A stretch of 64,000 nt of DNA from Octopus sinensis (lineage: Eukaryota), in NCBI RefSeq assembly GCF_006345805.1, contig NC_042997.1, positions 57,970,001 through 58,034,000 of the forward strand, given 5' to 3'. The notes beneath the pieces were generated by a model. The model ran no database searches, was not told the DNA's origin, and saw only the letters and a list, made by a program, of their open reading frames with translations. The translations under genes and the position numbers were made by a program. The stretch's first letter is position 1. The number at the start of each line of letters is the position of its first letter. This document shows positions 13,526 through 27,679 of this stretch, piece after piece.

Positions 13526-14448
13526 TATAAAATACAGTTCTCTATCAGTTCTTTTTGGGTAGTGTTTTTGGATGAGTGTCCTATGTAACTCATGAGCATT
13601 TTATTCTTCTGAAAGATGAGAGTTCTAAAAATTGTTGTTAATGAAATCTCTTTATAGTTTTCACAGTATGACCCAAGTCAAACTACCCACACAGCCAGGG
13701 ATAATTGGTGCAACACAGTCATTAATGAGTGTTACATATTTAGCCAACCATGCAACCACTCTCATATAGTTTCCATTGCAGAAGTTTAGTATATAAACAA
13801 ATTTTCTGAGGCTGCATTTGACTTGTTTCTCAGATTAGTCTTCTAATTAATTCAGTATTTATTTATTTATTTGTTGCTCATAAAGTTATCATCTTTCCCT
13901 CATGAAAATACAGCTATTCATTCACCACCAGCTTCATGGAGGGGTAGAAAAACAAGGAATTATTGTTAACTAAAAAACTGAAAGATATGGCTGTATGTAT
14001 AGAAAGTACACTTTTCAACCAGGTGGATTTGGGTTCAGTCCCACTGTGAGGCACCTTGGGCCAGTGTCTTCTACTAAAGCCCTGGGCTATAGTGAAAGTC
14101 CGTTTTGTGTGTGTGCATATATATATATAAATGTGTGTAGTTGAAATTTATAGAAAAACAAAAAACGAAGACAGGTGTATGAACAACAAGCAAGTGTATT
14201 AGTTTGATGCTCAGAAAAATGAAAATGTCTTTTATGTTTTGAGTCTACACTCTTTAGCAAAAAATAAACAGAGAGAATGAAAAAAACTTGTAGATTTCAG
14301 TGATAGGTACTGTTTGTGTGTTCAGCTGATAACCAGTATTGGTTTTATTTATGACCCCGTAGATCAGTGGTTCAGCAAAAGAGACTGATAGAATGAATAC
14401 TATACTTCAAAGTAATATATATATAAAAATGTGTTATGTATGTTTATA

Positions 14449-14480
<32 letters not shown>

Positions 14481-17400
14481 GTTGTATTTCGGGATGGTCA
14501 TTTTTTGTTTTTTTTTTGTTTTTCCAAAATAAACATGCACTATATACCATATATACTTGGCTATAAGTCACACTTTATTACCCTGAAATTTTCTTTTAAA
14601 GTTGGGGTGCAACTTATAAATGCATCCTATAAAAAAATTTTCAGATATTTTCTTGGTACAAGCCATGTCTGAAGTTCCGACACTTGGAATAACTGAAAAA
14701 ACCTGAATCACTAATTCTGAAACCAAGAAGTATTTGGAAGACGATCTTTAGATATTTCTTTACTTATTTTAGTATGAAATAGGCAATTAATTTTAAAAAG
14801 TGAGTTTAATACTTGTTTGTTTTTGTACTGTACTTGTCTTTCTGTAATTTGACACCATGTTATTTGTTAACATGAAGAGAAAGAGGAATTTGTATGATAT
14901 CACTTTCAAACTGAAAGTTGTTGAATATGTAAAGTCGCATTTGAATCAAGGTGCAGAAAGAGAACTTGGGGTCCCAGAAAAAATGGTCAGGGATTGGCGT
15001 TTGAAAGAGGAGAAAATAAAATCTATAGACATCAAATTGTTAAAGAAAATTAGTATAGGAATGAGTCCCAATGAAGAGATGGAAGCTATTTTGAGAGACT
15101 GAACTACGCACAAATGGACTTGTCATCACAAGAAACATCATTAGATTGTGGGATCTCCAAGTAACTAAAGCACATGATATATCTGACTCTAAAGCATCTC
15201 CTGGCTGGTGTACAAGGTTTATGAAATGCCACAATCTTATGCTGAGATTGCACAGAAATTACTTGCCAACATAGAGAGAGCAAAGTTGATTCCTTCCATC
15301 GGTGTGTAATAGATCTACGAAAGAGCCACAAGTTTGCCTTGGAAGCAATCGATAATATGGATTAGACATCCCTTTTTTCAATATAGTTGAAACTCGGACA
15401 GTTGACATTAAAGGAAAAAACACAATTTCGGTAAAAACTATGGGGAGCAACAAGGCTCACTTCACTGCAATTTTGGCTTGTATAGCTGACAATATGAAAC
15501 TTACCCCAGCTGTTGTTTTCAAAAGAAAGACTTTCCCAAAGGGAAGTTTCCAAAGGGTATGGTGGTGTATGTTCTGGAGAAAGTGGGGGTGGAGGAAACC
15601 GTATTGACGAACTGGTTAAACAGTGTGTGGTTCAAGTGCCCAGGGGTTATGCTTAAGTCAAAGTCACTTCTTGTATGGGATATACTCAGGCTCATCTGAT
15701 CGACAGCATAAATTATAGATTAAAGGAGCATTGTACATACCAAGCTGTGATTCCAGGTGGGTGTACATCTGTGCTTCAGCCACTCAACATGTCAGTGAGC
15801 AAGCCTTTTATGGTGAACATGCATGCCAAATGGAATGAATGGCCAATTAATGGTGACAAAGAAATGACAAAGGCTGGGAACTTAAAATGCCCTGACCTTT
15901 AGACTGTTTGCTAGTGGGTAATAGAGTCATGGACTGAAATATCGAGTGAACTTGTGATGAAATCATTTTTGAAGCGTGGGATCTCAAATTCCATGGATGG
16001 TACTAGAAATGTTATCCTCAGTGCTTCATCAGTTAATGAAGACCATGATCAGGATGTATATGACGAGACCATCACAACCGAGGAGTTTTACCAGTTTGGT
16101 GAAAGTGATGATTAATATAACTTGATTCTTCCTTCATTTATTCTTCAGATTTTTGTCACCATGTTTCATACACTTCCTTACAATTTAACCCTTTCATTAC
16201 CAACCTGGCTAAAACCAGCTCTGGCTCTGAGTACAAATGTCCATGTTTTCATAAGTTTTGAATTAAAATCTTCCACCAAACCTTAGTCACAATTTATGTT
16301 CCTAACACTAACTGAATGATAACCAAGTTATTTTACTAAATTCTTTGTTATATTTAAAGTAATTGAAAGAAACACAGAGCATCTCAAAATAAATGCAGTA
16401 ACGAAAGGGTTAAAACAGTTTATTGTATTTTTTTTTCCAATCATAGTGCATATGACTGCATGGTTTTGTGTGCCAGTTGCTGCAAAATTATTCTAATAAT
16501 GAAAGGCATAAATCAAAAAGTAAAGGGAAAGGATTAAGGCAATTAAGTCTCAATATGATAAGCAAGTCAACTAGCATTATCAAGGATAAAATTTTACATC
16601 ATAAACAACAGTTTCTAAAATGCATGGACTTAATGGGATAACAGTTGTTGTAAGTCATCTTCAGCTTACTGAAAGCTTGATTACTGAACAACTATGTCTG
16701 CATGATTCCTAATTCAACTTTGCTCTCCAACATAAAAAAAGTCACTGTGATTTATAGTCAGGTCAATGATAAAATTCCCGATTTGAACCTTGTAAGTTGG
16801 GTGGGGGTGTCTTATTGTGAGGATGTTTTATAGTCAAGTATATACAATATTCGTTCCTCACTTGTTTATTACTGTTTTTTTTCCTAACTCATGTTCATTT
16901 TCCTGAAATCTTTTGTCACACATCTGTGATCTTCTCAGTGACACTTTCCGTCTTCGTGTGTGCTCTTGCTCTACTTATTCCATTTTCAATGGACATGAGT
17001 GAGTTAGAATAAGAACAGTAATAAATGAGTGAAGAACAAATATATATTGCGCATGTTTATTTGGCAAAAAACAAAAATGACCATCCTGAAATACAATAAT
17101 ATCTGTTTCAACGTACAACTTCACACCAGGAATCTTGCAACGCAAATTCATAAACTCAAAAGGCATGCATTAATGCATGCCTTTTGAGACATGCATTAAT
17201 GCAAAATGGCATTAGTAATTGAAGCAGTTCAATAGTGGATTTAATTTTAAAAACGTTTTTGAATAAATAACAATTATGGTGATTAAGTGTCTATTTCAGT
17301 TAGTTATACATCCTTATTTTTCTTGGAGCAGATTAAAAACTAACAATAATTCCACTTCAACCTACATATAGTTAATACATTGGAACCGTAAACTTAATTG

Positions 17401-19325
17401 CTCATATTCTGTTCACTACATTTCTTAGATTTATTGCAAATTTCCTGAGTTTTTAAATATGGCAATAAGTGCTAATATTAAACATTAAAAAATCAAGACA
17501 GTAGCATTAATATCAAGCATTGAAGAGGCTATTTAAAACTTATAGTCAAACTGGTTTTACTGTATGCAAATAATGTAATTTATTTATGGAGAAAATAAGC
17601 TTCTTGTTATTTTATTTCCTTTTAAATGTCAGTATATTGATAGACTTAATAGCAAGGAAATATATATTAGATTTAACTCTTTGCAGCTTACTAAGAGCTG
17701 TTTATTTCTCGTTCTATTACAGAAGGTAAGCTATTTCCTATTGCCATCATCATCCTTGTTGTTGTCATCGCCACCACCGTTGCGATGATGATGATGATAA
17801 TTAAGGCAGCAAGCTGGCTGAATCAATAGCATGCCGGGCAAAATGGTTAGTGGCATTCTGTCCGTCTTTATGTTCTGAGTTCAAATTCTGTCGAGGTTGG
17901 CTTTACCTTTCATCCTTTCAGAGTCAATAAATTAAGTACCAGTTGAGTACCGGAGTCAATGTAACTGACTTGTTCCCTCCCCACAAAAAATAGCTACCCT
18001 TGTGATAAAATTTGAAATCATTATTATTATTAAGGTGGTAAGCTGGCAGATTTGTTAGCATGCTGGATGAAATGCTTAGTGATATTCTGCTTGTTGCCAT
18101 GTTCTGAGTTTCAATTCTGCTGAAGTTAACTTTGCCTTTCATCCTTTCAGGGTCAATAAAATAAGTACCAGATGAACACTGGGATTGATGTAATCAATTT
18201 ATCCTCTCCCTCAAAATTGCTGCCCTTGTGGCAGAATTAAAGGATTATAATTAATTGAAAGGATTATTATTATTATTATTATTATTATTGAAGGTGGCAA
18301 GATTGCAGAATCGTTAGCATGCTGGCTTAGCAGCATTTTGTCCAATTTTGCATTACTTCTCCTTCACTGAATTACTATTTTCTCTCCTCTCCCTTCACTT
18401 ATATTACTCTTTTTCCTACTGCCTCCTGTGTGATTTTGGACAAATATATAAAAACACTGTACTCAATATTATATTAGAAGATTCCATTTTCATCACACCA
18501 TCACCACATATAGTCATCAAGTGTGGTACCGTGTACTAACAGTACTCCTGTTATCTTCAAACTGTATGCCCAGAAACTACCTCATGAATTCTTCAATTTT
18601 TCTCTTCCTATAGTTTTTCAATCTTAATCTATGGAAACATATGATGGTGGAACTCATTTCCAAAAAGGGCAACCTATTTGACATTGCAACTGTTTCAGCA
18701 ATTCATACATAAAAATATTTGTAAACAGCCAACTCCTCTATCATCTGGAATCACTCTCCTTTCTCCTTTCCCAGGAACTACTAACAGAGTTTGTTTAGAG
18801 CTGGATCTACCAGACACTTGCAGTCTTGTGTCACACACTTATGGTTGCTTGCCCTTATGAACTTCAGTCAAACATCTTTGATGAGCTTGATCTAACTCTC
18901 AATTCTTGGATCAGAAGTTTGCTCTCAGACTATCTATTGCAGGGAGCACTGATGACTCTTACTGACCCAAATTCTACCAATACAAGTGTACCCCACCCTC
19001 TTTTTGTACTTTGATATTCCTTTTGTTGTTACTCTTAACTATACACACATTCTTTCACTGGTGATAATGGTCACCTTAAAAAGCTACACATTTTTCTGAG
19101 CAAGAAAGCTGCTTCTCAACTTTCTAGCTAAGATGAAACTAGTTAACAATTTGAAGAACTATAATCATGATACATACAAGGTTTCCAATCCAAGAAAACA
19201 TACACAAATATTTCCTGTAAAAACTTTCTCATACTTTCTGTTTAAAGTAAAGTATATATAAACACTTGCATGTGCTTGTGCACACACACACCCAAACACA
19301 AACATATGTATGCATGTTTGTATAT

Positions 19326-19368
<43 letters not shown>

Positions 19369-22300
19369 CTGTGTGTGTGTATGTGTTACTATAAACATGA
19401 AGTGTCAGGTGCAATTTTTCACCATAAATATTTGTGCATCTGTCTATATACATTTTCTTTGGCCACAATGAGCATTTATCTCTCTTTTTGTCAATCTGTC
19501 TCAACATTCACCATCACCACTTCCAACCATTGATACTCACACAGCCAACATCAACACGAAACATAATACAACTACATCCTTAATGCACAACAAGAGCAAC
19601 ACTAGCATAAGATAAGAAACTGCATCTAAAATAATCACTTGAGATAATGTGGTACTCTAGTGTATTTTAAATGTTGAATGAAATGTCTTTGATCTTAGGC
19701 CAATGAGGATTGATTTGGGACTAAACAGCAATACCAATAAAATTAAAAGAACATTATGACCACTACAATCACCTACAATATTCCCACCATTATCATTACC
19801 TCCAGCACTAACATCAAAACCAATGCAACTAACACCTCTACAAGTGCCACTACCAACCTACCAACTTTTGAATAGCCAACTAGCAACAACAATAATAATA
19901 TCAGAATGTCTGTAGCTATGTGGGTTGTATGTCAACGTAACTATTTGTGTATGTACATGTATGTGTGTGAGTTGATGGTGCATTTTTATGGTGCAATTTA
20001 GAGGTACATTGGTGAAGTGCCCATGAACCTGTAATCATAAAGTATTTTCTTCTACCTCGTTCCTTTTCATTTTCTCATTTCCATTCTTACATCTATAGGA
20101 ATAAGACAACAATCTTTTGCTATTACAAAATAGTTCTTTCCTAGTGCTATTTTTCACTGCATATTTGATGTGGATAGTTATTGATTGCTCCTGCTGTTGG
20201 ATTTATCTTCAATTCAACTTATCTAGAAAGAAATCATCAAGTGGAACTGAATGTAGTAGGGCAAAAAGGAATTGTTTTAGGATTACACTGGATATTAAAC
20301 TCGATGTTTTAAAAGGGCTTGAAGTAGAAGAAGAAAATCAACCTCATTGGCAAAGCATTGATACTTGCAACATCTACAGTGAGATCATTACATGACAATC
20401 GGGAGAAAATTAAATCAAGTGCTGAAGAATTTACTCAATTACCTGCTTGGATATTTTTTCAAAAAGAGAATGCCAGACATAATATTTCCAAATGCATTGC
20501 TTCTTTTAGACAGTGCACCAAACCAGCCAGTAAACTTAAATGAGCTTTCTGGTAATGTGAGAGTAGAATTTGTCCTTAACACTACAACTTCTTCATTCTA
20601 TCCAATGAATCAAGGTGTGATATCTAACTTCAAGGCATATATTATCTGTTAAGAACTTTCAAACAATTTATGGAAGTAGTTAGAGATTTATGAAAAAGGT
20701 TCAACGTAATGGATACTGATTCATGGGATGACAAAACCTTCAACTTTGAATGGTACTTGGTAAAAATATAAGGCCAGACAACATCCATAACTACAGTGTT
20801 ATCACAAATAGAATATCTACATCAAAATTGGAAAGATATGACACTTGCAAATGGAGTCATATAGGATGCTGTATTTGAATGATTAGTTGACGCTTTGTAG
20901 AAGTCATATAGGATGATGTAGTTGAATGATTTCTCTATAGAGAAAATTTATCTAATTAGGTGTTGATGCTGTTAGAACAAAAGTAAACTGAGAATACAAA
21001 TGAAAATACAGAAATTTCACCAACTCCACTTAAATGGACTGCAAAGAATATTGCTAAAAGGTTGGTACTTATAGAGTTTTTGCTGATCACCCTGATCATG
21101 AATGTGGCATAAAATTTACAAGAGGGGTTAACAATGTGCTCAGTTTCTACACTGAACTGTATAAAAAGATTTTTTGCTCCTCAATTAGATGAAATGTAAG
21201 ATAGAAAATAGTGTCCCTTGTCCTTCCAGTAACTCTTATTCCACCATCACCACAATCCCTCACACAGTAGTCAACATCTTTCGTGGTACTAATGTTCCCT
21301 ATTACATTATCATTATCATTATTACTATTATTATTTCTCTTCAAATATTTTCATGTATACATATTGCACTGTGTATAAAAATAGTTTTTTTTCTTTTTTT
21401 CTTGGGTTTCAAAAATGTCACTTATGATATGAGCATCAAGTGCACTGACATATATATTCATGTGTCAATAGTTTCAAATCTCTAAAGACCAATATTCTAC
21501 CAGTTTGTAATTTGGAATATCTTGTGACTTTTAAGAGCAATTATAACTGATTACAATGTTATAATAGTTGTACTCATGATAATTGTCTGTATTTATGAAT
21601 TTCCTCTGAGAAATGTAAAAGGAAGAGTCAGTCAATGTGATATAACAGCACAAATCATTTTCACTTTATAATCTTTTTTCAGGGGATATTAATTCTAGTC
21701 TCACATATTGTGATATTTGAATGCCAGCCTTAGGTGGTAATTCATCTATAGAATATTTCGTAATGCTTTCATTCCATTCTTGTAGTGTAAGAACATTTTA
21801 AGTTGATAATGACTTAGAATATTAAATTTGGAACCATTTTAAATTAAACATTGAAAATTGAATACATTTGAAAGTAAGGCATCCGTGGAAACTTAACAGA
21901 ATTGTTCCCAGAGCTATGTATAGTGATAAATTATATACAATTCTTCCTTTTATTTTCTGTATTTCAACTATATATTGAGAAAATAGAATGCTTTGTTTCT
22001 TATTGGTAGAATAATGCAATTAAAATTACACACTATGTGATTGTGAATACAGGTATGCAATGTAACATTATTTAGATGCAGTAAATATAGTAGTTCTTAA
22101 ATTATCACAATAATCAAGGTATATTTTATTGTCTTTAGGTCAAAATGTTTATGAGCAGATTGCTAAAGAAGTAAATGTTCGTTTTTTAAACTGTTAGAAG
22201 TTATGCTGTAGAGGCTAAGCCAAGATAGAATTTAATTACTAATGAAGAGAGAGAGAGAGAGAGAGAGAGATCTTACCTAAGGCTGCCTATGACAACTACA

Positions 22301-22416
22301 AGAGTTGGGATAGACAGTAGTTTTACTTCTGTTTCAGCAACCAAAAATTAGCTCACAGACTACCAGTTTCTGATTGGCTTTATGACAATGGCGAAACTAA
22401 AATATTGTCTGCATAA
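13085..22416 (+). CDS. Candidate unidentified multi-exon gene, 3' part (exons 13085-13163, 13667-13783, 17633-17725, 22139-22170, 22338-22416)
   Basis: All exons have pyrimidine-tract AG acceptors and all introns begin GT; phases 2-0, 0-0, 0-0, 0-2, 2-stop join into one open frame of ~132 aa ending ...HRLPVSDWLYDNGETKILSA*. No family recognised; the donor at 13784 (GTTTAG) is weak; alternative frames exist. Confidence 0.4.
13275..13488 (+). mobile_element. tRNA-SINE family B, near full length
   Basis: GGTGGCAAGCTGGCAGATAG head, AAGTTCAAAT B-box-like motif, AAATTTGAAACCAATATT tail. Confidence 0.8.
14547..16847 (+). mobile_element. Degenerate pogo-family (CENP-B/DDE_1) DNA transposon
   Basis: TA-flanked imperfect TIRs CCATATATACTTGGCTATAAG / rc TTGTATATACTTGACTATAAA (16/21); HTH-like ORF 14857-15102 (YDITFKLKVVEY...VPEKMVRDW) and DDE fragment VIPGGCTSVLQPLNMSVSKPF in 15675-15902; many stops and frameshifts. 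Confidence 0.8.
16189..16409. mobile_element. piggyBac-derived MITE nested in the pogo element
   Basis: TTAA TSDs at 16185-16188 and 16410-16413; TIRs CCCTTTCATTAC / GTAACGAAAGGG (11/12); 221 bp. Confidence 0.85.
17805..18350 (+). mobile_element. Tandem stack of three family-B SINEs
   Basis: Heads at ~17805, ~18034 and ~18293, each directly after an (ATT)n or (ATG)n tract; the third copy is truncated. Confidence 0.8.
20240..21180 (+). mobile_element. Tigger/pogo-like transposase remnant
   Basis: RAKRNCFRITLDIKLDVLKGLE (psq-type HTH-like) and ALLLLDSAPNQP...TSSFYPMNQGVISNFKAY (DDE_1 QPxDQGVI-like) in broken ORFs 20117-20652. Confidence 0.6.
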
Positions 22417-25400
22417 TGTTGCTATACATCTCTCGAATGCTGATTCTTATATTGACCATTAGATTTCATGATTTTCAAAGCTATTGTTTTTATTTTGTTT
22501 ATATTTTGATAGTTATTGATCAATAATTGTATAAATGCATTTATAACCTGTATCAGTTGCTGTCATCTTGAAATTGAAGGGCTGATAAACAGCACATTAG
22601 AATATATATGATGCTTTGTAACTGGAGTTCAAGTGAAATTAGAGATGAAAAAATATTCTCATGATTTCAAATAATTTAAAATGCAAGAGAAGGGATAAAT
22701 CTTTTTGCTTTTTATGGGTAAAAAACTAGGTCAACAGTTAAAAGCATTTTCAATTCAAAGATAGATCTATTCAAAAGATAATTTAGTAACATTGATGATG
22801 TACCTATTATTATCATTATTAATTGTTTGGGTAGTGTCTGGGAGATAAGGTAGTACATTTGTTGAAATGCTTTACAATATTGTGATATGTGCCTTTACAT
22901 TGTGAGTAGAAACCCCATCAGGCTTAACTTAGTCCTTTATCTCTTTCTAACCTTTTCACATGCTCTGCATTCAGTGGTCATGTTTTGCTATTATTAGTGT
23001 ACCTGATCCTTACTTGGAGAGAGAATCCCTTCACTTACAGCAGAGATTGCTTGCTGAACTTTTCCCACTCCATCCTTTCTCTGGTTTTTATACTTCCAGA
23101 ACACCTTCCTCCAGTACTGCTTAGGTCACCTAGGTAAACAAACTCATTAACTACAAAGAAACCTAAGCCTTTCTAAGAATTTAATTCATGGCTGCTCTTA
23201 CTCCTTTTTCCTATACATTCTGATACTTTTGCATCTTTTGTCCACATTGAGTGAACAAGAGTATTGAATTATTTTCTGTTCCTTTTTCCAAGGTAAGCAT
23301 AGCCACTTCATAGATTGCAGTACAGTTCTGTCTTCTTTCTAGTTAACTAAAACTTCTAACATTTTCTAGAACTTACTTCCACATTTATAATGTTTTCTCT
23401 AACTCTTTAACAGATTCAGCTAAGAGAAATAGGTCATAAGCATACAAAGGTTTTCACAGGCAGTCTGTATTAAATTTCTCTGGAGTTGTTATTTAATGAT
23501 AAGTTAGCTCTGATTCAACAGATGTATGGTTAATGGCATTCCATCTGTGACAATTCCATTAGTTTTGTATATCTTGGACTACATAAATACATCTAGCTCT
23601 CCTTCTAGCTACCTAGTGTTGCTCTTTGTACTTCACTTTTCCATTCCTTCCAGGCTTGTCTTTGAGTTTTTATGATACTATCTACCATATCATTCCATGG
23701 CTATATCCCCTTCTGCTTGGGTAGAACCTAGCTCTGTCCACCAGATATAGGCTGTGACTTAGAGTAGGTTGTCTTATAGAAACTCCCTGTTGTCTCTATG
23801 TTATAGGTTTCTATCTCCACCTGTTTCTCAATATGTACATCATCTAGTACTTCTTTGAAACTATATCTATCCAAGGAATCTTTCAACTTTCTACATTCTT
23901 TCTGAAGTCTGACTTGTTTGTGTGTGTTCACTTGAGTGATAGGTGATAAAGTGGGTGCTTAGCTGTTTCCTTTAAGTTAATGTTGCAAATAAGGTAATTT
24001 GGCTCACAGAACTTTAAGAGACTTAATTTATCTTCATTTGTTATACCATAACCATAGCTTCCATGACTGTCAGATTAGCCACTGTGGTGTTGCTAAGCAT
24101 GTCCATTAAAGTTGTCATCAGTTAGGAAGATAGTCTACAAGAAGGCTCTATACAAATAACCTTTCACTCATCTGTCAGTCCTGATTGTAGTACACCTGCA
24201 AAGATTATTGTTGCTGTCATGTTGCTTTTGACTTGCCTAAACTTACCATGTTTAATTACACACTTTACCCTACCAAAATCAATATTAAAACTAGTGGGCA
24301 TATAGTATAAGGCTGCCACCTATTTTTCTCAATGCATTTTTATTATGAAATAAAGTAAAACTTTTTCGTTTTTCAAATAATTATATTATTATACCTTCAC
24401 ATATTTTATTTAAAATAATGTATTGAAAAATTAGTACATTGGACTATAATAGATTATCTAATCCTATAACAGTTGTGCAACACTGCATGTTATATGTAGA
24501 ATTATATGTTTTTAAGATAAGTTAAGTACACCAACTGAGATGTATATTATACAGGGACTTGTATGGTAAATATTGTATCACATTCTGACTATTTGAGTTT
24601 CTTTATTCATATCTCTGTCTACATTTCTCTCTCTAAATTACTTGGAAGAATTTGCACCTATGTTATTTGCCCATGAGGAGTCTGACTGAACTCCCCTCCA
24701 GCTTATCTCTTGTACTCAGCAGTTATCTACTTGCCTCCACTTTAACATCTCTGTATCCTCTTCAGACTTACTTTTCATTGTGTCAAAGCTGAAGGTGGCA
24801 ACCTTGAAGTTTTGCACCTGACAGGGAGAAGAGAATTTTTGGTGGTGTTAGGATTGTTTAATGCCAATTTTCTGCATCTGAAAAGAAGAGTTGAGTTGAT
24901 GTAAATGGCCAAAGGGTTCATGCACATGGCCAGATGTTCCCATTTGGTCACCACACTGCTATGCACAACACTAGAATGGGAGGCTTTTTATACAGAATTA
25001 GGTTTGTTCATTGATTTGACTGTCATGTTTTTGGCATGTTATTTTTGTTTGTTTGACAACTAGATACCCTTCCTATCACAAATGTTTTTATAACATGAAC
25101 TTGATATATTTTATTCTACCGCTACCATTAGAGAGATTGTTTGGCAGCATTGATGGATCTCATCTTATTGCATCAATTTTTAATCAGAATTGCTGTTGCT
25201 GTGTCTTGCAGAGTCCACATCTCACACTTGCAGAAGTTTATTCACAATTACTGCTTTCCCAGTTTAGTTACTGTACAGCCCAGCCTCCTAGTCAGATGTG
25301 GAGTCAAGCCTCTCCTTAATGCTTCTTGCTCACAGTATAATATACTGTTAAGGGGGCTCACAGTGTGGTAGCTGAAGGTTTGGGAATTATAGTGAACTGG

Positions 25401-27679
25401 TAAGTTTGTTTGGGGTACCTGAATTTCTAGACTAGTCATGCTTCAAGAATAACATGGTAGCACATCTCTCCCTGACATAGGTAGGGTTAGGGTTAGGTAT
25501 TTGATTACCAAGTAGATGGGAATTGCCTGAGATTGTTGCATTTTGCCCTTAGTGACTATGGCAGACAGCTGGGAATTAGGCTATCTTCATAGTATTAGAC
25601 AGGGAACCTCCATGGTCAAGTGGAGTGGAAGGAAAAGTTGGCAAGTTGAGAAGCAATATAAGGATAGTTTGAGTAATGGCTGCTCAAATTTGTCAAGCTA
25701 GGGATGGGAGAATGGAGGGCCACCAATTATGTTTGCATGGAGACAAATAGAGAGAGAGAGAGAGATTATGTACACTTCCTAGAAGTTAAAGAAGACTCTT
25801 AATAGTAATAGTAATAAAAGTAACAGAAATATTTTCTTAGCTTAAAATTAGCACAGTTGCTCATATCAGCTTTGGGAAATGGTGAACAATACGTCACCTT
25901 CACAAGCTGTCGGTATTTGCAGATGTCTGATTACCCACCTGCACAAATCTTTGATGAAGCTGTTGGAAAAGGCAGGAAGAAAGAGAGAAAACACCATATT
26001 TGCACAACAGCCATTATATGTATATAATTTTCTGCATTGAAGGGTCACACTCTCTCTCACATAAATTGCATGATGGTATTTATAATTTATTGTCATAAGA
26101 GAATATAATCTCGCTTACGCTCTCTCTCTATGTTAGGAGACATAGAGCAACATACATAATAAATTAGTTGTGACTTACTCTTTTGATTTTTAATTTATTC
26201 TAATGAATAGCTAGCATATTTCATTTGAAAAATTAATTTTAGTTGTTGATTTGCTGTGTTAAGAGATTTTGTATAGTCTACTTTCTCCCTGCTTGATTGT
26301 GTTCAAATTCCTTAGCTTAGCCCCTCCTCCCTTATGAATAATTCATAGCGTACTGTCACACTATTACGACTCAAGATATTTTATCGTATTTTCACCTGAA
26401 ATATTGGCTTTATTTTATTAGATACAAAGCTATATGTAGAGACTAAACAAAAGTAAGACACATTGAAGGAGTTCAAGGACAACTAAATTTTAGTTATACC
26501 TGCCCAGCTGTGACTGAAATTTTAGCTATCTCTTCAAATTGAACTGGCTTGTTCTATTTTAACATTATAATTTATTAGACCAAATTTAAAGTTTTGAAAG
26601 GGAATAGGAGAGTACTTGATTCAACTGATAATTTATTATACGACTGATAATTTATTTTATCAATCTTCAGTTGTATGGAGAGTAAAATAGATAAATCTGT
26701 AGTGAGTCATGTTAACACTATTTTGTTCTGATGACATAACACATTTGTGCTATGCCCATTTTATCCATTTACTCGTGGTTGCATAAGAATACACATGGCA
26801 ACTTCCACCCAGCAGTGAAGCACATGTTTTTCAAAGGCAAAAAACCAGTTGCCATTGGATGACCAAGATTAAAACATCTAGTTGCTGTTGGACTTTCAAG
26901 TTAACAAGATATTGTCTCTGATTTTTCGGCAAGATTCTAACTTGCTTTGCATGCCACTTATTGGATTTGTTGTATATTCTTGAAATCTTCAAGTTACAAA
27001 ATAAACTAACTTGTACGTTATTAGAAATTAACTTATGTCTCACTACACGCTATTTAACATGAACCTTTAATTACCTAGGGATATGCTTTTCTACTACTAC
27101 ATGTGTGATCTAGCATCAAGGAATAAAAGTGTTATGTTTATTAATGAAAAGCATTGCCTTCTGATATTTCTTACATACATACTAACCTAGCCAATGTGGT
27201 ATTATTCTATTTTGTCAAACTGGTAACATAACTTTTATCTCTTATACATCACATTACTGTTCTAACTTAACTTGATTATCTTTTATTACTTGTAAAAAAA
27301 CCTCAATAGGATTTGAACTCACACAGTGAGATGTCAAAATATATTGCCAAGTAGCTTATTCTCTACTCTCTGTTCCAACTTCTTAAAGAAAACTTTGTTA
27401 TATTAAAATCAAATTTCTTTCAACTTTGATACATATTAGTGTAGTATTGTAGAGGCTGTTTAGGATGGGATGGATTAAAAGAGCTAACATAGATCATGTG
27501 GAGAATGTGTTTCTGTATTTTTATAAGGGCATGAGAAATCTGATAAAGAAATCTAATTTCTGGATAAGAATTACTCAAAATAGAGAATTAAACTAAGAGG
27601 TTAATAACTTTAAAATGAGGTCTAATAATTTACAAAGATTGTGCAGAGTAATGAAACTAAAAACTTATGTGTCAACTTT

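Noticed and set aside
16880-16960. Other hammerhead-like traces (also ~14200-14260 and ~18950-19090)
   Set aside because: Catalytic cores are mutated or stems unpaired; too decayed to call.
26740-27050. CYAHFIHLLV and PRLK motifs resembling a hAT transposase
   Set aside because: Only two short motifs amid stops; no TIR or 8-bp TSD seen.
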